Positions 14,250 through 27,372 of a stretch of DNA of 64,000 nt are shown here, in pieces. This DNA is from Camelus dromedarius. Lineage: Eukaryota. The stretch's first letter is position 1; every line of letters starts with the position of its first letter. The translations under genes were made by a program, and so were the position numbers. The DNA is taken from positions 12,648,001 to 12,712,000 of the forward strand of contig NC_087436.1 of assembly GCF_036321535.1 (NCBI RefSeq), written 5' to 3'. Below the pieces are notes generated by a model. That model made no database searches, was not told the origin of the DNA, and worked only from the letters and a program-made list of their open reading frames with translations.

Positions 14250-15430
14250 CAGTATTGCGTGTGCTCCCGTCCATGGCTGCGCGCCGCGTGTCGCGGGGGA
14301 GACGGTCAGTTATCGTCCCCTCCACCCGCAGGCCGCCACGTCAACACCGGACACGCAAGGGAGCACCAGGAGAGGAACAGAAGAGAGAGTCAAGGGCACG
14401 GAGGAAAGTTCGAGGCTCATCCCCGTTAGGACGCGATGAAACGACGACGTGAATGTCAAACCTCACCCAGCAGTCGGGGCGTCGTCCCAGAGCCTCCAGA
14501 CGGGACGCGAGTCTCGACAAGGGCCGCAGGGCCGGGAGGGCAGGCGGGCGGCCTAGACCTGCGGCGGTCGACGGAGCAAGAGTGTTAGGAGAAGAACATG
14601 GAGCGCAGCAGGTGGGAAGCGGCCGGAAGGCGGCGGGGGAGGGCGGAAATAAGGCGGAGAGAGGGCAGGGCGCCGCGGGGCGGAAGCAGCCGCCTAGGGG
14701 CCCCGACGGGACGCGGAGCTGGGGCCAGACGGCCGGCCGGGCCCCGCGGCGCCAGCGGCGACGGCAGGGGCTGTCAGGTCAAAAGATGCTCCCGGGGCGG
14801 GAAGCCCAGCTGCCAAAGGCACCTGTGCTCCCGCTGCTCGACGGGGCTAGGAGAGAGGACGCGCGCCGGCGGCGGACACAGTCTCCAGCCGGGCGTGGGT
14901 CCCCACTGCGTAATTGCCGTGGCAGCGGGTCGGACAGGGCTTCTTGCGGCCAGGAGGCAGGGTCTCCAGCCGTTACCAGCGGTTTGGCAGCGACCCCGCG
15001 GCCCCCATCCCCTCCTCACCCCTTCGGGTCTTCCAAGGTTGGTCCAAAATCCCTGGGACCAACGACCATAAACCGCCGCCACCGTTTCGGGGACCAGTCG
15101 GTCAACAGCGGGGGGTCGCCGCAGGGGGGAGGGGGCTCGCGGGGAGGAGCTCGCGCGGTCCTCGCGCCTAGGCTGGGCTCCCAGCGGGCGCCGCGCGCGG
15201 GGGACCTAGGCAGCCCCACGCGGAGTGGCCCCCCGGCCAATCAGTGACCCGCCCCGGGGATGAGGGCGGGGGAGTGGGCGGGGCCAAGGTTTAAATCTGG
15301 GGATGGCTCTTGGGAGGGGAGAAAAAAGTGCTTGGAGTGACAGACTCTTTAGCCAATTGGGGCGAGAAGAGCGAGTTTTAGGGGGCGGGTGGACAGAGAC
15401 TGATCCCAGTAGAGGGACCTGCGAGTTTTG
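14250..15430 (-). promoter_or_regulatory. RBM46: RBM46 CpG-island promoter and non-coding exon 1 (candidate donors at 14977 CTG|gtaacg and 15020 GGG|gtgagg)
   Basis: Abrupt GC/CpG-rich island ~11.8 kb upstream of the exon 2 acceptor. CCAAT boxes near 15237 and 15353, GC boxes near 15264-15283 and 15381. Exact TSS and donor are not determinable from sequence. Confidence 0.8.
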
Positions 15431-16157
15431 TGAAGGCGTTCAAACACGAGAACTGTGATTTGAACTTCCGTACTTCTCTTACTTGGGGGGAATATGGATA
15501 CACTGTAAAAGTCCTTTTTCTCAGAGTTTTCAAGTTTTAAACTGCTAGCTTGACCCAAGACAGTCATATACTATGGACCTTTTTAAATACGGACTTGGGC
15601 TAGGGGTGAGTAGGTATAAGGCTAAAAGGCAGATTTGCAAATAGGACTAGATGTATACAGATTAAATGGTTTTTATGCCTAATAAAATGGGTGGAATCAG
15701 GAGACCTAGTAATAGGCTGGACTCTAACACGAATCAGTGTGGAGAGTGATTTGGTGGTCTGCTTGACCACCAGGTTTATGCTTGTGTAAAACCAGCTTTC
15801 ATGGATATGGCTGGGTGCCATTCTACCCACATAACCCTGAATGTTGCCTCCTTTTAAAATCGAGCTTGGGATTAAATGGCAGACAAGGGAAGAAAAAGAC
15901 GACTTTCAGGAACCAACTCTGCAGACCTACAGAATTTTAGAACTGGAAAGAACCTAGATCAAGTAGCTTCTCCTTTAGCAAAGAAGGAACTTGATACCCA
16001 GAATAATCCAGAGTTACACAGTAACACAGGCCCCCTAATTCCCAACCTTAAGGAGCTTTCTTCTACACTAACGTGTGATTTCAGTTTGTTGTCTCTGTTA
16101 GTTCTAGGCACTAATGAATGTCTTAAGTTTTCTTTGCTAACAGGTGTGTGTGTCTAT

Positions 16158-16168
16158 CTCTCCCTCTC

Positions 16169-16244
<76 letters not shown>
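16158..16244. repeat. (TC)n microsatellite, interrupted
   Basis: Direct reading of tctctc…ccctctctc… run. Confidence 0.95.
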
Positions 16245-16249
<5 letters not shown>

Positions 16250-17854
16250 AATCATACTCCAGCAGTGAGGAATTAGCAAGAAGTTTGGAGTCATACAAAT
16301 CTGGGCTCAAATCCTTATTTACCATTTCGATTGTGACATCTTAGACATCTTCTCTGAGCCCCAGTTTAAAATGGGGATTGTGAGGTTTTAATGATGATCT
16401 TAACAAATAATGAGCACTTACTATGTGCAGAAACAACCTTAAGGGATTTTCGCACAATTCATTCAATTCTCACAGTAACTTTGGCAAGCATGCTAGCCCC
16501 ACTTTACAGATAGGGAAACTGAGACACATAACGCTTACATAGTTTATTTAAGGTCATACAGTAAGTAAGTGGCCCAAGTTTGGCTCTGAAACCTGCAGTC
16601 ATAACCACAATGTTATACTGTCCCAAAGTGTGTCCAGAAAGAAGTGGCATATTACCCAGTGCACACTGAAAGCTCAGCATATACTCTTTCCTAAACATTC
16701 CGCCTTCAGTCAATCAATACTAATCTCATTTATCTAGGCTGCATGCATTCAAAGTAAAGCAACAAGCTAGACTGATAGAATATACCTCCTTAGCTTTTTT
16801 TTTAGCATGTAATTTCTCCAATTTAAGAACTACAAGGGTGATAATCATTCTATCATATTTATTATTATTTCTGGCTTCTCTTTTATTTCTCCAAAAAACG
16901 ATTCCCCACATTCTTAACTTTCATGTTTGTGCCGTCTCAATTTGGAGTAATTAATCCTAAATACACATGCTTAAGGTTAAACTAGCTGAAAGTGTGTTAG
17001 ATGTATTGGTCTGGAAACCTCAATCATTTTTTTTAGAAGTTGCTGCAGAATCCTTAAAATGTCACTAGGGGGAGATGTTATCTTGCAAGGTACAAAAGAT
17101 GTTCCTGGAAGTAGACTGAAGGGTTGTTTTACGTTTCCAATTTTCTTGTTTCCTTTCTCTTTCCCTCCACATATAAAGGAAACCAACCAAACAAAAGCTT
17201 CTCAATAGACATTAGAATCAGGCCATAGAACCCTGTTTTAGATAAGACAGTGTTATTTAATAACCCCTCTGATACGTACATTTTATGTCCTTTTGGTCAG
17301 ATTCCTTCCAAATCTTTTATTACCCACAGCCTATAAATTACTACATGTAAAATTAAAGGAATGACCTTTAACATTTCTCAAGGCTTCTAGAGAAGAGGAT
17401 CTTTAAAAACACTTAGAACAACTTGAATTATTTTTCAGGAACAGATCCCAAATTAGGTTTGTTGTAAGTTTATTTGCAAGTTTATGGGAAAGGTGATCCA
17501 AACGAATCGGAAGAAAGAAGATATATAGAGGTGTTTTTGACTGAAAGGAAGACAAAAGTTGAAAGATACTTGATGAGGGAGAAAACAGAAGGTGAGCTCT
17601 GTAAATGCCAGAAAGGTGAATAACTGTGGGAAATTAATAAACTGTGGGATTATAAAGTAGAAGAGTGCTTTTTTTTCAATTTCAGTGATAGGTTACACCA
17701 GCACATCTTTACATCCAGTAAGTGTACCTCCCATGATTAAATCTATCTTTCTAAGGCAGCCAATCAGAAATAGAGATCTCTATACATAGATAAAGGGTCT
17801 ATACAGGGAGTAAACCCATAACTAAGGCCTCACTTTACATGGCCTCAAGGCACG

Positions 17855-18720
17855 GAAACAACCTAATTGTTGATGGATGAATGGATAAAGAAACTGGGAG
17901 GGCTGCCTGAGAAACATCCATCTGTGGGAATGACAGCAGGGAAGGTTTTTATGTGCCTCTTTGCTTTTGTAAAAACGAAAACTCAGAAAGACTGAAAGAA
18001 TGCATTTTATATCTGGATTTTTACAAATAAAGATGGCTATTATAATGGGAAAAAAATGCAGTGTGGGTGTGTGTGGGTGCACACACACCCACACTCCCAC
18101 ACACAATGGAATATTACTCAGCTATAAAAAAGAATGAAATCTCAGCATTTGTGACAAGATGGTTGAAACTTGAGGGTATTATGCTAAGTGAATAAGTCAC
18201 ACAGAGAAAGGTGAGTATCATATGACCTTACTCATGTGTGGAAAGGAAGGAAGAAAGAAAGAAAGGAAAGAAAGAAAAAGAAAAAGAAAGGAAGAAAGGG
18301 AAGGAAGGAAGGAAAAGAAAGGAAAGGAAAGAAAAGAAAAAAAAAAAGAAAAAGAAGCTTACAGATACAGAAAACAGATTAGTGTTTCCCAGAGGCAGGG
18401 GGTGAGGGGTGGGCAAAAGGATGAAGGGGGTCAAAAGGTACAAACTTGCAGTTATAAAATAAATAAGTCATGGGGATGTGATACGTAATGTATAGCACAA
18501 TGACTATAGTTAATAATACTGTGTTGTATATTTGAAAGTTGGTGAGAGCAGATCTTAAAAAGTACTCATCACAAGGAAAAAAATTATAACTATAAATGGA
18601 GGTGGATGTTAACTAGACTTACTGTGGTGATCATTTTGCATTATATACAAATATTAAATCATTACATTGTACACCTGAAACTAACATAATGTTATGTCGA
18701 TTATAACTCAACTTTAAAAA
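17855..18720 (+). mobile_element. Old L1 (L1MA/L1MB-like) 3' end with internal GA-rich simple repeat (18240-18357)
   Basis: Typical L1 3' text: gatgaatggataaagaaa…acaatggaatattactcagctataaaaaagaatgaaat…gtacacctgaaactaacataatgttatgtc. Confidence 0.8.
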
Positions 18721-18747
18721 TGAAAATAATTTTGAAAAAGAAAAGGA

Positions 18748-18890
18748 GGGGAGGGTGTAGCTCAGTGGTAGAGTGCATGCTTAGCATGCAAGAGGTCCTG
18801 GGTTCAATCCCCAGTACCTCCATTAAAATAAAGCAAACAAACAAATAAACCTAATTAACCTCCCCCACCAAAAAAAAAAAAAGAAGAAGA
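18748..18890 (+). mobile_element. tRNA-derived SINE (camelid-type)
   Basis: gggagggtgtagctcagtggtagagtgcatgcttagcatgcaagaggtcctgggttcaatccccagtacctcc (Pol III A and B boxes) plus an A-rich tail. Confidence 0.9.
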
Positions 18891-20430
18891 AGAAAAAGGA
18901 ATCAATATGCTAGTCACCAAATTAATTTGATGTAGCCTTCCTAGTATAGAACTGCACTAAACATCAGAATAGGCAATGCTAGTAACTCATCTTTCAGTAA
19001 CATCCTCCATCAATAATGATACAGCTGTGCTGATTATCTGACCCTTGATTTCCCCTTTTCAGTTTAAAAAATCCAGTCATCCAATTATTTTTTAATCAAC
19101 TACAATATTATAGATAGTGTTAAGCAATGCAGATTGACATATGTCCTTTCCAATCACATTTTGGTAGCTGGGGCTGGTCACGTGGTGCTACCAACAAAGG
19201 GGTCTAGGAGGTATAATGCTACAGACACCCAAAATGTGGACACCTGTGTTTTTGCTAAGCCGCATCAGTGATTGCCACAGACACTGCATGCAAAGTGTCC
19301 AGCATAGCATCCACTTCGTATTCGTCCCTTTCATACGGGCTACTCCCCGTATGCCTTGTTTATAAAACAGGGCTATCTATATTTCAAAAGCATCCTTGAA
19401 TTCCCAAACTGTGTTCAGTACAATACTTGAACCAGAAAATGCTCCATGAAAAAGGTTATGTGATCAAATTAATTTGAGAAACACCACCTACTCCATCGCT
19501 TTTCAGAAATTCTCAGTGCACTTATTAAAAGTTCAGAGATATTCTGTGGGAAAGATAACTGTTTAATTATTTTTAACCTAAGGTTTAGCAAACTTATTTA
19601 ATCACCCAACAGGTTCATATAATACCTATTAATAACCCGAGGAACACCCATTGAACACTTGTTGGAAAATGCTGCTCCTGGCATTAAGATAGACTCACTG
19701 AATTTCCAGCTGGCAATGAAAAAGTTCTTAGCATTTAAAAACAAAATGTCTTACCCTGGAATTTATTACAGAGTTTCCTAATATATAGAATTATTTTAAA
19801 ATAGTTCTCTGTCAGTATATAAGTAAAAGGATGTTAATTAATTTATTCACCAAATATTTATTGAGAGTTTAAGTCTACCACCAGTACTACTAAAACCAAC
19901 ACTACTATCCCATTTGTTGAATGGTTCCTCTGAGCCAAGTTGAGAATTAGACCCTAGAGATACTATATTGAACAAGGTAGACAAGATCTTTGCCTTGATG
20001 GTGGTCATGGTCTAGATAGGAATTATCAGTCAGCACTGTTCTAAGACTTTGTGTGTGAATTAATTCATTTAATTCTCATAACAGTCCTTAAAGTTGGCAT
20101 GAGTATTGACTTCATTTTTCAGATGTGGAAGAGAGAAGTTACACAGCTAGAAAAATATTTAAAACTCCAGGATTGATTAAATAAATTGTGGACGACTTTG
20201 TAGTCATTAAAAATTCTGTTACACAGGAATATTCACATCATGGGAAACACTGTGGTTTTTGATGGCAAATAGAGAGTTCCAGTTTTACTAAAAGAAAAAT
20301 GTTTCTATGTAACATTAACAGACAGATTACAGGTGATATTTTGTCTTGCCACAGTGGGCTTGTAAAATTATTTTGTGAAAAGAAAAAAAAGAGAGTATTT
20401 TTTAAGAGAAAAAAAATTTAGTAACTTATT

Positions 20431-21067
20431 TTTCTTTCGGTGCTTGGGCCACAGCCAAGAGAGTAACCAGGCTTCAGAAGAGGCTCGCCTGCGGCGTCTG
20501 GCAAAAAGGTCTGGTTGGACCCCAAGATGACTAGCGAAATAGCCAATGCCAGCTCCCGTGGCAGATGCAGAGCCCGTCAAAGATGGCCTGATCACCCGCA
20601 AGCCTGTGACTGTCCTTTTCGGGGCTCCAAAGGGCGGGCACATGGGCATAAGGCACTCGAATATCCAAGAAGGTAACATGGTTGAGGGATGAGAACTCTT
20701 TGACCGATGTTCAGAGGACACCAGGGCTCTAAGACAAGTGACCCCACCTGTATCACAGCCTGTACCTGCAAGGGGAAGGGGAGGGGGTCCAAGAGCAGGG
20801 AGATTCTCAAGAACACATTGCATGCTTAAGACGGACAACACCCACAGGGAGCCCCTGGCTGACCAGGCTGAGACCCCAGGGCAGAGCCCAGGAAAACTGA
20901 GAGTGCCCTGGGGAGCCACCCAGGGGCCAAGGCGGGGCTCCTGGAAGCTGTCCAAGGAGGGAGAGACCATGAAATAAAGTTTCCCCTCCATAGTCTGTAC
21001 ACAGTGGCCTCGACAATTGTGTAGATCAACCACTCACTAAAGAAAGCCTTCACCTGCCATAAAAAAA
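20431..21067 (+). pseudogene. RPL19: Processed pseudogene of 60S ribosomal protein L19
   Basis: Intronless, with a pyrimidine-rich TOP-like 5' end. Start mutated (gcc-AAG at 20457). Decayed RLQKRLA…KKVWLDP…EIANAS R…KDGLITRKPVTV…KGGHMGI…YHSLYL…LADQAE…LSKEGET-K-TAA (20975-20977), then 3'UTR and short poly(A). Many frameshifts. Confidence 0.92.
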
Positions 21068-21384
21068 GACAGATAATAGCAATAAGCCGAAGAATTATGT
21101 GTTGTGGTTAGTTTCAACAAGGAGTATGTTAGTTGGTTATGCACCATTTATCTTGTCTGAATGCATCCCTTTGGTATATGTAAATGTAAAGTTAAAAAAA
21201 AATCTAGATACCGCTTACCATGGATGGGTCAGCCTCCTACCTATGGGGTGAACGCTGTCACCTAAGTTTAACATGAGGTCGGCCAGAGTAGTGTTGCACT
21301 TAGTAAAGATTTAATACTAGATTTATCTTTATAGTAGACACTTGCCTCACTAATTCAGATCAAAAGGGGGAAAGAAGCTTTTAG

Positions 21385-21530
21385 CTTTTTTTGAGTTTGT
21401 TTGTATTTTTTTAATTGAAGTATAGTCAGTTTACAATGTTGTCAATTTCTGGTGGACAGCATGTTTCAGTCATTCATATGCATATGTATATTCATTTTCA
21501 TATTCTTTTAGGTTACTACAAGATATTGAA
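21385..21530 (-). mobile_element. Short 5'-truncated L1 3'-end fragment
   Basis: ttttaattgaagtatagtcagtttacaatgtt…ggttactacaagatattga; same family text as at 24660 and 43940; flanked by aagctttt repeats. Confidence 0.7.
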
Positions 21531-22539
21531 AGCTTTTATCTTAATTTAAGAAAAATTCAAATGTTTTATATGTCCAAGTTGATAATAAATATTTAAACAG
21601 AAACTTGAGTGATAAGATAACTGACTGAACGAATTCTTTTGAGAACAGATTTAGTGAATACATAAGAGTGATTTACCTGAACATATTAGCAAGCAAATGA
21701 TGTGAGTAAATGGCTGCTTTGGAAATATTTGGGATCCGTCAGATAATTGTCTCAAGTAGTTTAAATATTCTCTCTTGTAATCTTGGGTACATTATTAATT
21801 TTCTTAAATTGTTGGAATTAAGCCTCATCAAGTATGAGATCATGTGCACTGGAAGAATCCATCTTTTCTGGAGATAAAAGTAGTACTTATCTCAGAGAGT
21901 TTTTGAGAAGATTAAGTGAGACAGATGAAAAGAGCTGAGTCCCGTCCTTAGTCCTAGTCAGCTTCTGATCTTGGGCAGAGATGGCTGTTTGCTTATTACC
22001 GTCACCATCAACACCACCAAGAGCACCGTCATCACCATCACAGTGATCAGTTCCAGCAAGTTAGTGCCTCCTTCAAAATGAATGCACGCAGCTACACTGT
22101 TGTCTGTGCCTGATGTCTCCCATCTGTGGCTGGAACCTAGGCTCCAGAGACACAACTTAGTCACTAGGAAGACTGAAGGTGGCATTCAAGGTGGAAAGGA
22201 CAGGCCTAAAGTTTCTAGACATGGTAGGGGTGGGAGCCCTTTTTCCCACCTATAAATTTTTTAAAAATAGGGTTTCCCTTCTGTTTCCTGCACACATCCT
22301 CACTTCAGAAGGATACTGAGAGAGGCAAGGGGGAAACAGTGAAAACAGTTAATTAGGTCCATTGTGCACAGAGTACGTTTAGAGAAGGAACGAGGCTCCC
22401 CTCCGGGTAGGAGGCTGCACAGGTTCCTCAGGGCACCACCAGTGGCCCTGCTTCCCCTTCCTCTCCTTTTCACCTCACTTCCAGCTGGCATCTCTTACCT
22501 GCCTCCGCTAGTGACGTCCTTGCCCAAACATCACTCATC

Positions 22540-22553
22540 AGGTCATCAGGTCA
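22540..22553 (+). promoter_or_regulatory. Perfect DR2 nuclear-receptor element AGGTCA-tc-AGGTCA (candidate RARE) next to a near-CRE TGACGTCC (22512-22519)
   Basis: Motif read directly from the sequence; function untested. Confidence 0.35.
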
Positions 22554-24659
22554 TCAGCCTAATGAGATGGATATCTCGATAAGAAAATTTATGTCTCAAG
22601 AATGCTAGGAAATGAGGTGTGGGTGTTAATAAAAGACTTCAGTTGGCTAAGTATTGCCGTATTATTATACACGGATTATTATTTCCAAATATTTAGAATA
22701 AATACTGAGCACCTCCCGCACAGACGCTCACCTTACAAACTGGTCACAACTGAATCGTCCCCTCAGGTGAGGGGGCTCTTGAAGCCTGTAAAGCCAGAGT
22801 CATCAATATGATTGGTAATTGATATCAGAATGATTGGTAACTACAACTGATCACTTACTTCCGCTTTCCCAGGTTCTAATTTTAGAAAAAGAGGTATTTA
22901 TTTATAGCAGGAGCTCTGGTTTGTATTCCTGGCCCCTGCGTTAAGGCCACACTTCCATTTTCCCTCCCTCCTTTCAATGGCAGCTTCCAAACGAACTTTC
23001 CTGTTACCTGGCTTCTACGTAAAAAGCTCCACACTGCCAGTAGCCCTTTCTCTTCATGAAGTCCTTGACGGAAAGGAGCCAGCACAACAAGTTGCTGTCA
23101 GCCAGGCAAGTCTGGCCACTACTGGGGTTTCCAAAAGGTCGGCAGCTGGGCCATATCATTCGAGTGGACAGAGGGACTAACCCACCGGGTCCTGGAGCTG
23201 GCTACTCTGCAGCGTGGACACCTCTTGCGGCTGCCCCGACCCCACTGTCCCCGCTCCACAAAGGCACCGCAGCGGGAAGACCATGCACCTGCTTGGTTTC
23301 TGAGCGCCAAATCGTGGTGCACAAGCTGGAGGATCCAAGAGCCCCTTTAAAATCATGAACTGAAAGAACTGATGTGTAGATACCAGAAGGAACTGTAAGC
23401 CTCCTAGAAATACGGCTCAAGAGCGTGGAAGAGGCATACTAATATGGCCCCTTGGTTAACATTGATTAAGCTTATCTAATACGCCAAGTCCACTGCGGGG
23501 GCTCAACACACTTTTCCTCTAACCTTCATGATAATCTTGAAAGTCAGTCATATTTTCCCCCATTGATACTTCAGAAGATGAAGAATGAGAATTTGCCAGA
23601 CTCCAGCTGGTCCAGAGCAAGACTCAAAGCCAGATGTTTTCATTTTCTCACAAAGGCTCCCCAGTGAAGACTGAATAGAATCGCAGAGCAAGAGTGAAAT
23701 TATGATGAGAAACAGCAAATCAAGGTGATAACGTTTACAAAACAACAGAAAAATCAGAGGATTAAACAAGAGTCACATTTCCAATAGATAGAAATCAGTT
23801 TCATTCCTATTAAATTGAGGAATAAAGTTATTTGGACAATCTGTGCATCATGTTGACTTGTGAGGCCACCTCCGGGTGCCTCTGTGGCTTTCCCCACATC
23901 TTGGAAAGCCATTATACCCGTAGAGCCAGTCAGAAACACCTCAAACTGGTGCATACCAAAACTGTTTTTGTTTTTGTTTTGTAGGTCAGTTATCTGGGCA
24001 ACAGAAGAAATTTAGAGAGACAGAGAAAGGAAAGAGTATTTGCACCTCAAACCCAGAGCCAAGTCCTAAGAATGAGGATTTTCAACCATGAGGTGCGATG
24101 GTCTGTAGAGACAAGCAAAGGAATAAACAGGAACTTTACAATGGAGAGGGATAAGTGCCATGTTTGTGCATGTGGTTTACAAACCACAGCCTGAGCCATG
24201 TCACCCATCACTGCGACCAGCCAGGGCACTACGAGAGGCAGTGCAGAACTACCCTCGGCGGCCCCCTGGTGGAGAGGAGGCTCAGGGGCCTCGTCTTCCA
24301 CATCCCTAGCGAATAAAGACGCAGCGCCTTCCTTGCACCATGTGCTCAAAGCATACTTGTCGAAAGGAGGAAGATAAAAAGAAAAAATTAAATTAAATTT
24401 TTAAAAAATGGCTGCATAGATGTCTGAATGTAAATCCGCTGAGAAGCAAGAGTCCATTCATACTTTGGCTGCCTGTCGACGGGAAAAAAATCCTGGGGGA
24501 CAGTGAAATTGTACACATTCTTTAGAATTTATTGAGCACTGTCCTAGACACTTAGAAACACTATATTTATTTTTTTTTTAATTTAACACCTTTATTATGG
24601 TATGATTCCTGTACAGTAAACTACACATATTTAGAACCACTTTAAAAGAGCTTATAGTT

Positions 24660-24826
24660 TTCTGTTTTTGTTTTTCTTAGTGAAGTATAGTTAGTTACAA
24701 TGTGTCTATTTCTGACTCACAGCATAATGTCTCAGTCATGCACATACACATCTATATTCGTTTTCATATTCTTTTCATTACAGGTTATTACAAGATATTG
24801 AATAGAGTTCTCTGTGCTATACAGAA
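24660..24826 (-). mobile_element. Short 5'-truncated L1 3'-end fragment
   Basis: tagtgaagtatagttagttacaatgtgtc…caggttattacaagatattgaatagagttctctgtgctatacag. Confidence 0.7.
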
Positions 24827-27372
24827 GAAAAGAACTTGTAGTTTAATTGGGGAGCGAGACAGTCCTGCTGGCAACAAGGCCCGCACAGTGATCTGGCCTG
24901 CAGTGTGAGGTGTTTCGGGGTTCACTCAGCCTTCGAGCTTGGCCCCAGCACCCACCCCCATTTTAGAATCACAGATAAAGGGAGCTGCTGGGCCCACATC
25001 CACATGGTCACCCACACTCAGGAGAGGGCACTCCGTTGTGAGCTTCATTTTGTTTCCTCACGCTGTTGCAAACATTCAGTCACGCAATTAACAGGCACCC
25101 AGCAGGTCCACGTGAAGCCGGGAGGCCTGTCTTTGTGAGAGGAGGCCAACCCCCTGGCCTTGGACAGGGTCATCCTGAACCCCTTGGCCCACCTGCTCCC
25201 ACCCAGCTGTCCCATTTCCTGGACTAATGTCCACTGTAGGGCCTCACCCTTCTCACCCCACAGTCAGCTCTGTCTTGGCTTCTCAATGGCTGCTTCAGCA
25301 GGGGTTCCAGGGCTTGGTTCACAAGTGGTAGAGACTAGAGGAAAAATGTTTAGAACTAGACATAGGAGAATAATTCATCCTGTCTGTTCTCAAAAAATGA
25401 CCAAGACAGATTTCTGCTGAATCAGCAATACTGCAGGTGTCACACATGTAAATAATATCCTTCTATCTGTAACTCCAGCCCATCATCACTTGGGATTCCA
25501 CCACCCACAATAGGCCCACAGTAGGTTTGTTTGAGGAGGATTTGCTCCTCGCCTTTTGTGAAGAGACAGCACGCTCCACTTGCCACCCCTGTCTCTCAGC
25601 TTTTCAGTATTCACCCAGCTGAGTTCCAGGGCTGTGGCTTGGGATGCGAAATTTCGTTGCCCAGAAATGACTATTCATACACCTGGAGGATAGTCTCAAA
25701 CACCAAGATGCCTAGCTTGGGGGGCTGCTGGGCATCCGTGTGTGTACCAACATGCAGGTCGTAGAGGGACACACCTATGAGTATTATGACCGGCTTTGGT
25801 TTCCTCTTAATGCCAACTCGGCATTGCTTCACAAAAAGGAGGCTGCTTTGTAAACAGTTCACTATGGAGTATACAGTGTTCCCTGGTGTCAGCCACCAGA
25901 CTCCATCAGAGGACTGCCAAGCTTGAATAACATCTGGTGTACCTGGGTGCAATTTGCACAGATACCTTAACAAAACTAAAACCTGACATCAGCTGTCAGC
26001 TCAACTGTCATATTCCAGGCGCAGGGACCACCTTACCTTTCCATATCACTTCCTTGGGTGAGGATTTAAGGTTAAGAACTGTTACATTTTGTTGAACTCA
26101 AGTTCAATCTCTACAGCCAAAAAGCACAGGTAAATGAAAGTAAATGTTCCCCCTCCTCATGTGGAGTGACCACTGGCTAGATACAGTATGAAAGCAACTG
26201 ATGACCTCACTTGCTTGGTTGCCCACAAATAGGGCAGTGTGAAATAATGCCGAATTTAGAGTAAAAAATACCAAAGTTTGAGTCTTCACACCACACTGCT
26301 GACTACAGGATCTTGAACATTTAATCTGCTTAGCCTTGTTTTCCTTGACAGTAAAACAAGAATAACACCTTAGTGGTTAAAAACCAAGTCACTCAGTATT
26401 TATAAGTTCAATTTCTCCATTAAAAGATAATAATTATTAAATGAGTGAACGTATGTGAAAGCCTTTTACAAAATAACAAATGCAAAAGTGACTTTGGACT
26501 CAGTTCTAATACTATGGTCGCAACAGACCTTCACCTTGAGAGTAGAAACTTTTGTTTTCCACCTCTGTAGCCCCTCTGCCAAGTTCAATGCCTAGAATAT
26601 AATGGACGCTCCATACCTGTGAGCCGAAGGAAAGGGATGAAGCAGAATCTGAATTATCTGCTGTTGGAATGAGTCAGTTGCCTTCAGGAAGTTGTCAGTA
26701 TCCTAAGCCTGCAAATGCAACTGTGGAGTGGCGGTAAGGTTACCAGATGTGGTTGATAATCAGAGGGCATGAGGGGTCCCCATTTCTGCTCTCCTAACTC
26801 TATTTAGTTTTCTGTTTATTAATTTTTTTCACAGATTCTGGGTTTCTGGGAGAGACCACCCAACCCCACCATGTCTCCCTCATACCAGGCAAAATGTGTG
26901 CTTAGGAACACATCCGATTGTCCTAACTTAGGAGGCCATCTGTAAAAGTTCTTTGAACCTGGCTAGGAAAAGAGCCAAGCAAAGGGGTGGCGTTGGGAGG
27001 AGGGAACAGATAAAAGTTGACCTTTTCTGGTTTTCTTACTTTTCCCTGATATCTGGGTGTGAAGCTAACTCTGGGATCAAAGGGATAGCACTTATTTCCA
27101 GAGTGGTCACAAGAATGAGCACTAGGAAAGTGAAGAACTTCGAGCTGTAGAGAGAGATGTACCAGGCCCTGCAGCAAAGGAGAGCGTAGGTGGCGCTGTT
27201 CACCTACAGAGAAGCTAGTCCCTCAAACAGATTGTCATGGTGCTTTCCATCCATGTCCTCTTTTCTCTTCACGTTCAGATTTTCTCCCATCTTGTCCTCT
27301 GTCTTAAATTCCTCTGTAAGTTTTAAAAATAAATGTTGCAAATGTTATTGTCACTTTAAATCCTCAGCCAAG

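Noticed and set aside
14453..15247. 264-aa plus-strand ORF and overlapping ORFs
   Set aside because: Arg/Gly/Pro/Ala-rich translation typical of stop-poor CpG-island DNA; no recognisable domain.
15876..16268. 130-aa ORF with SLSLSL runs, and similar ORFs at 18222 and 37863
   Set aside because: Produced by microsatellites or simple repeats.
18748..18822. tRNA-like sequences here and at 12165, 27504, 30425 and 55820
   Set aside because: They have A-rich tails, TSD-like flanks and mutual divergence, so they are SINE heads rather than tRNA genes.
20368..21033. 221-aa minus-strand ORF
   Set aside because: Antisense shadow of the RPL19 pseudogene; no domain.
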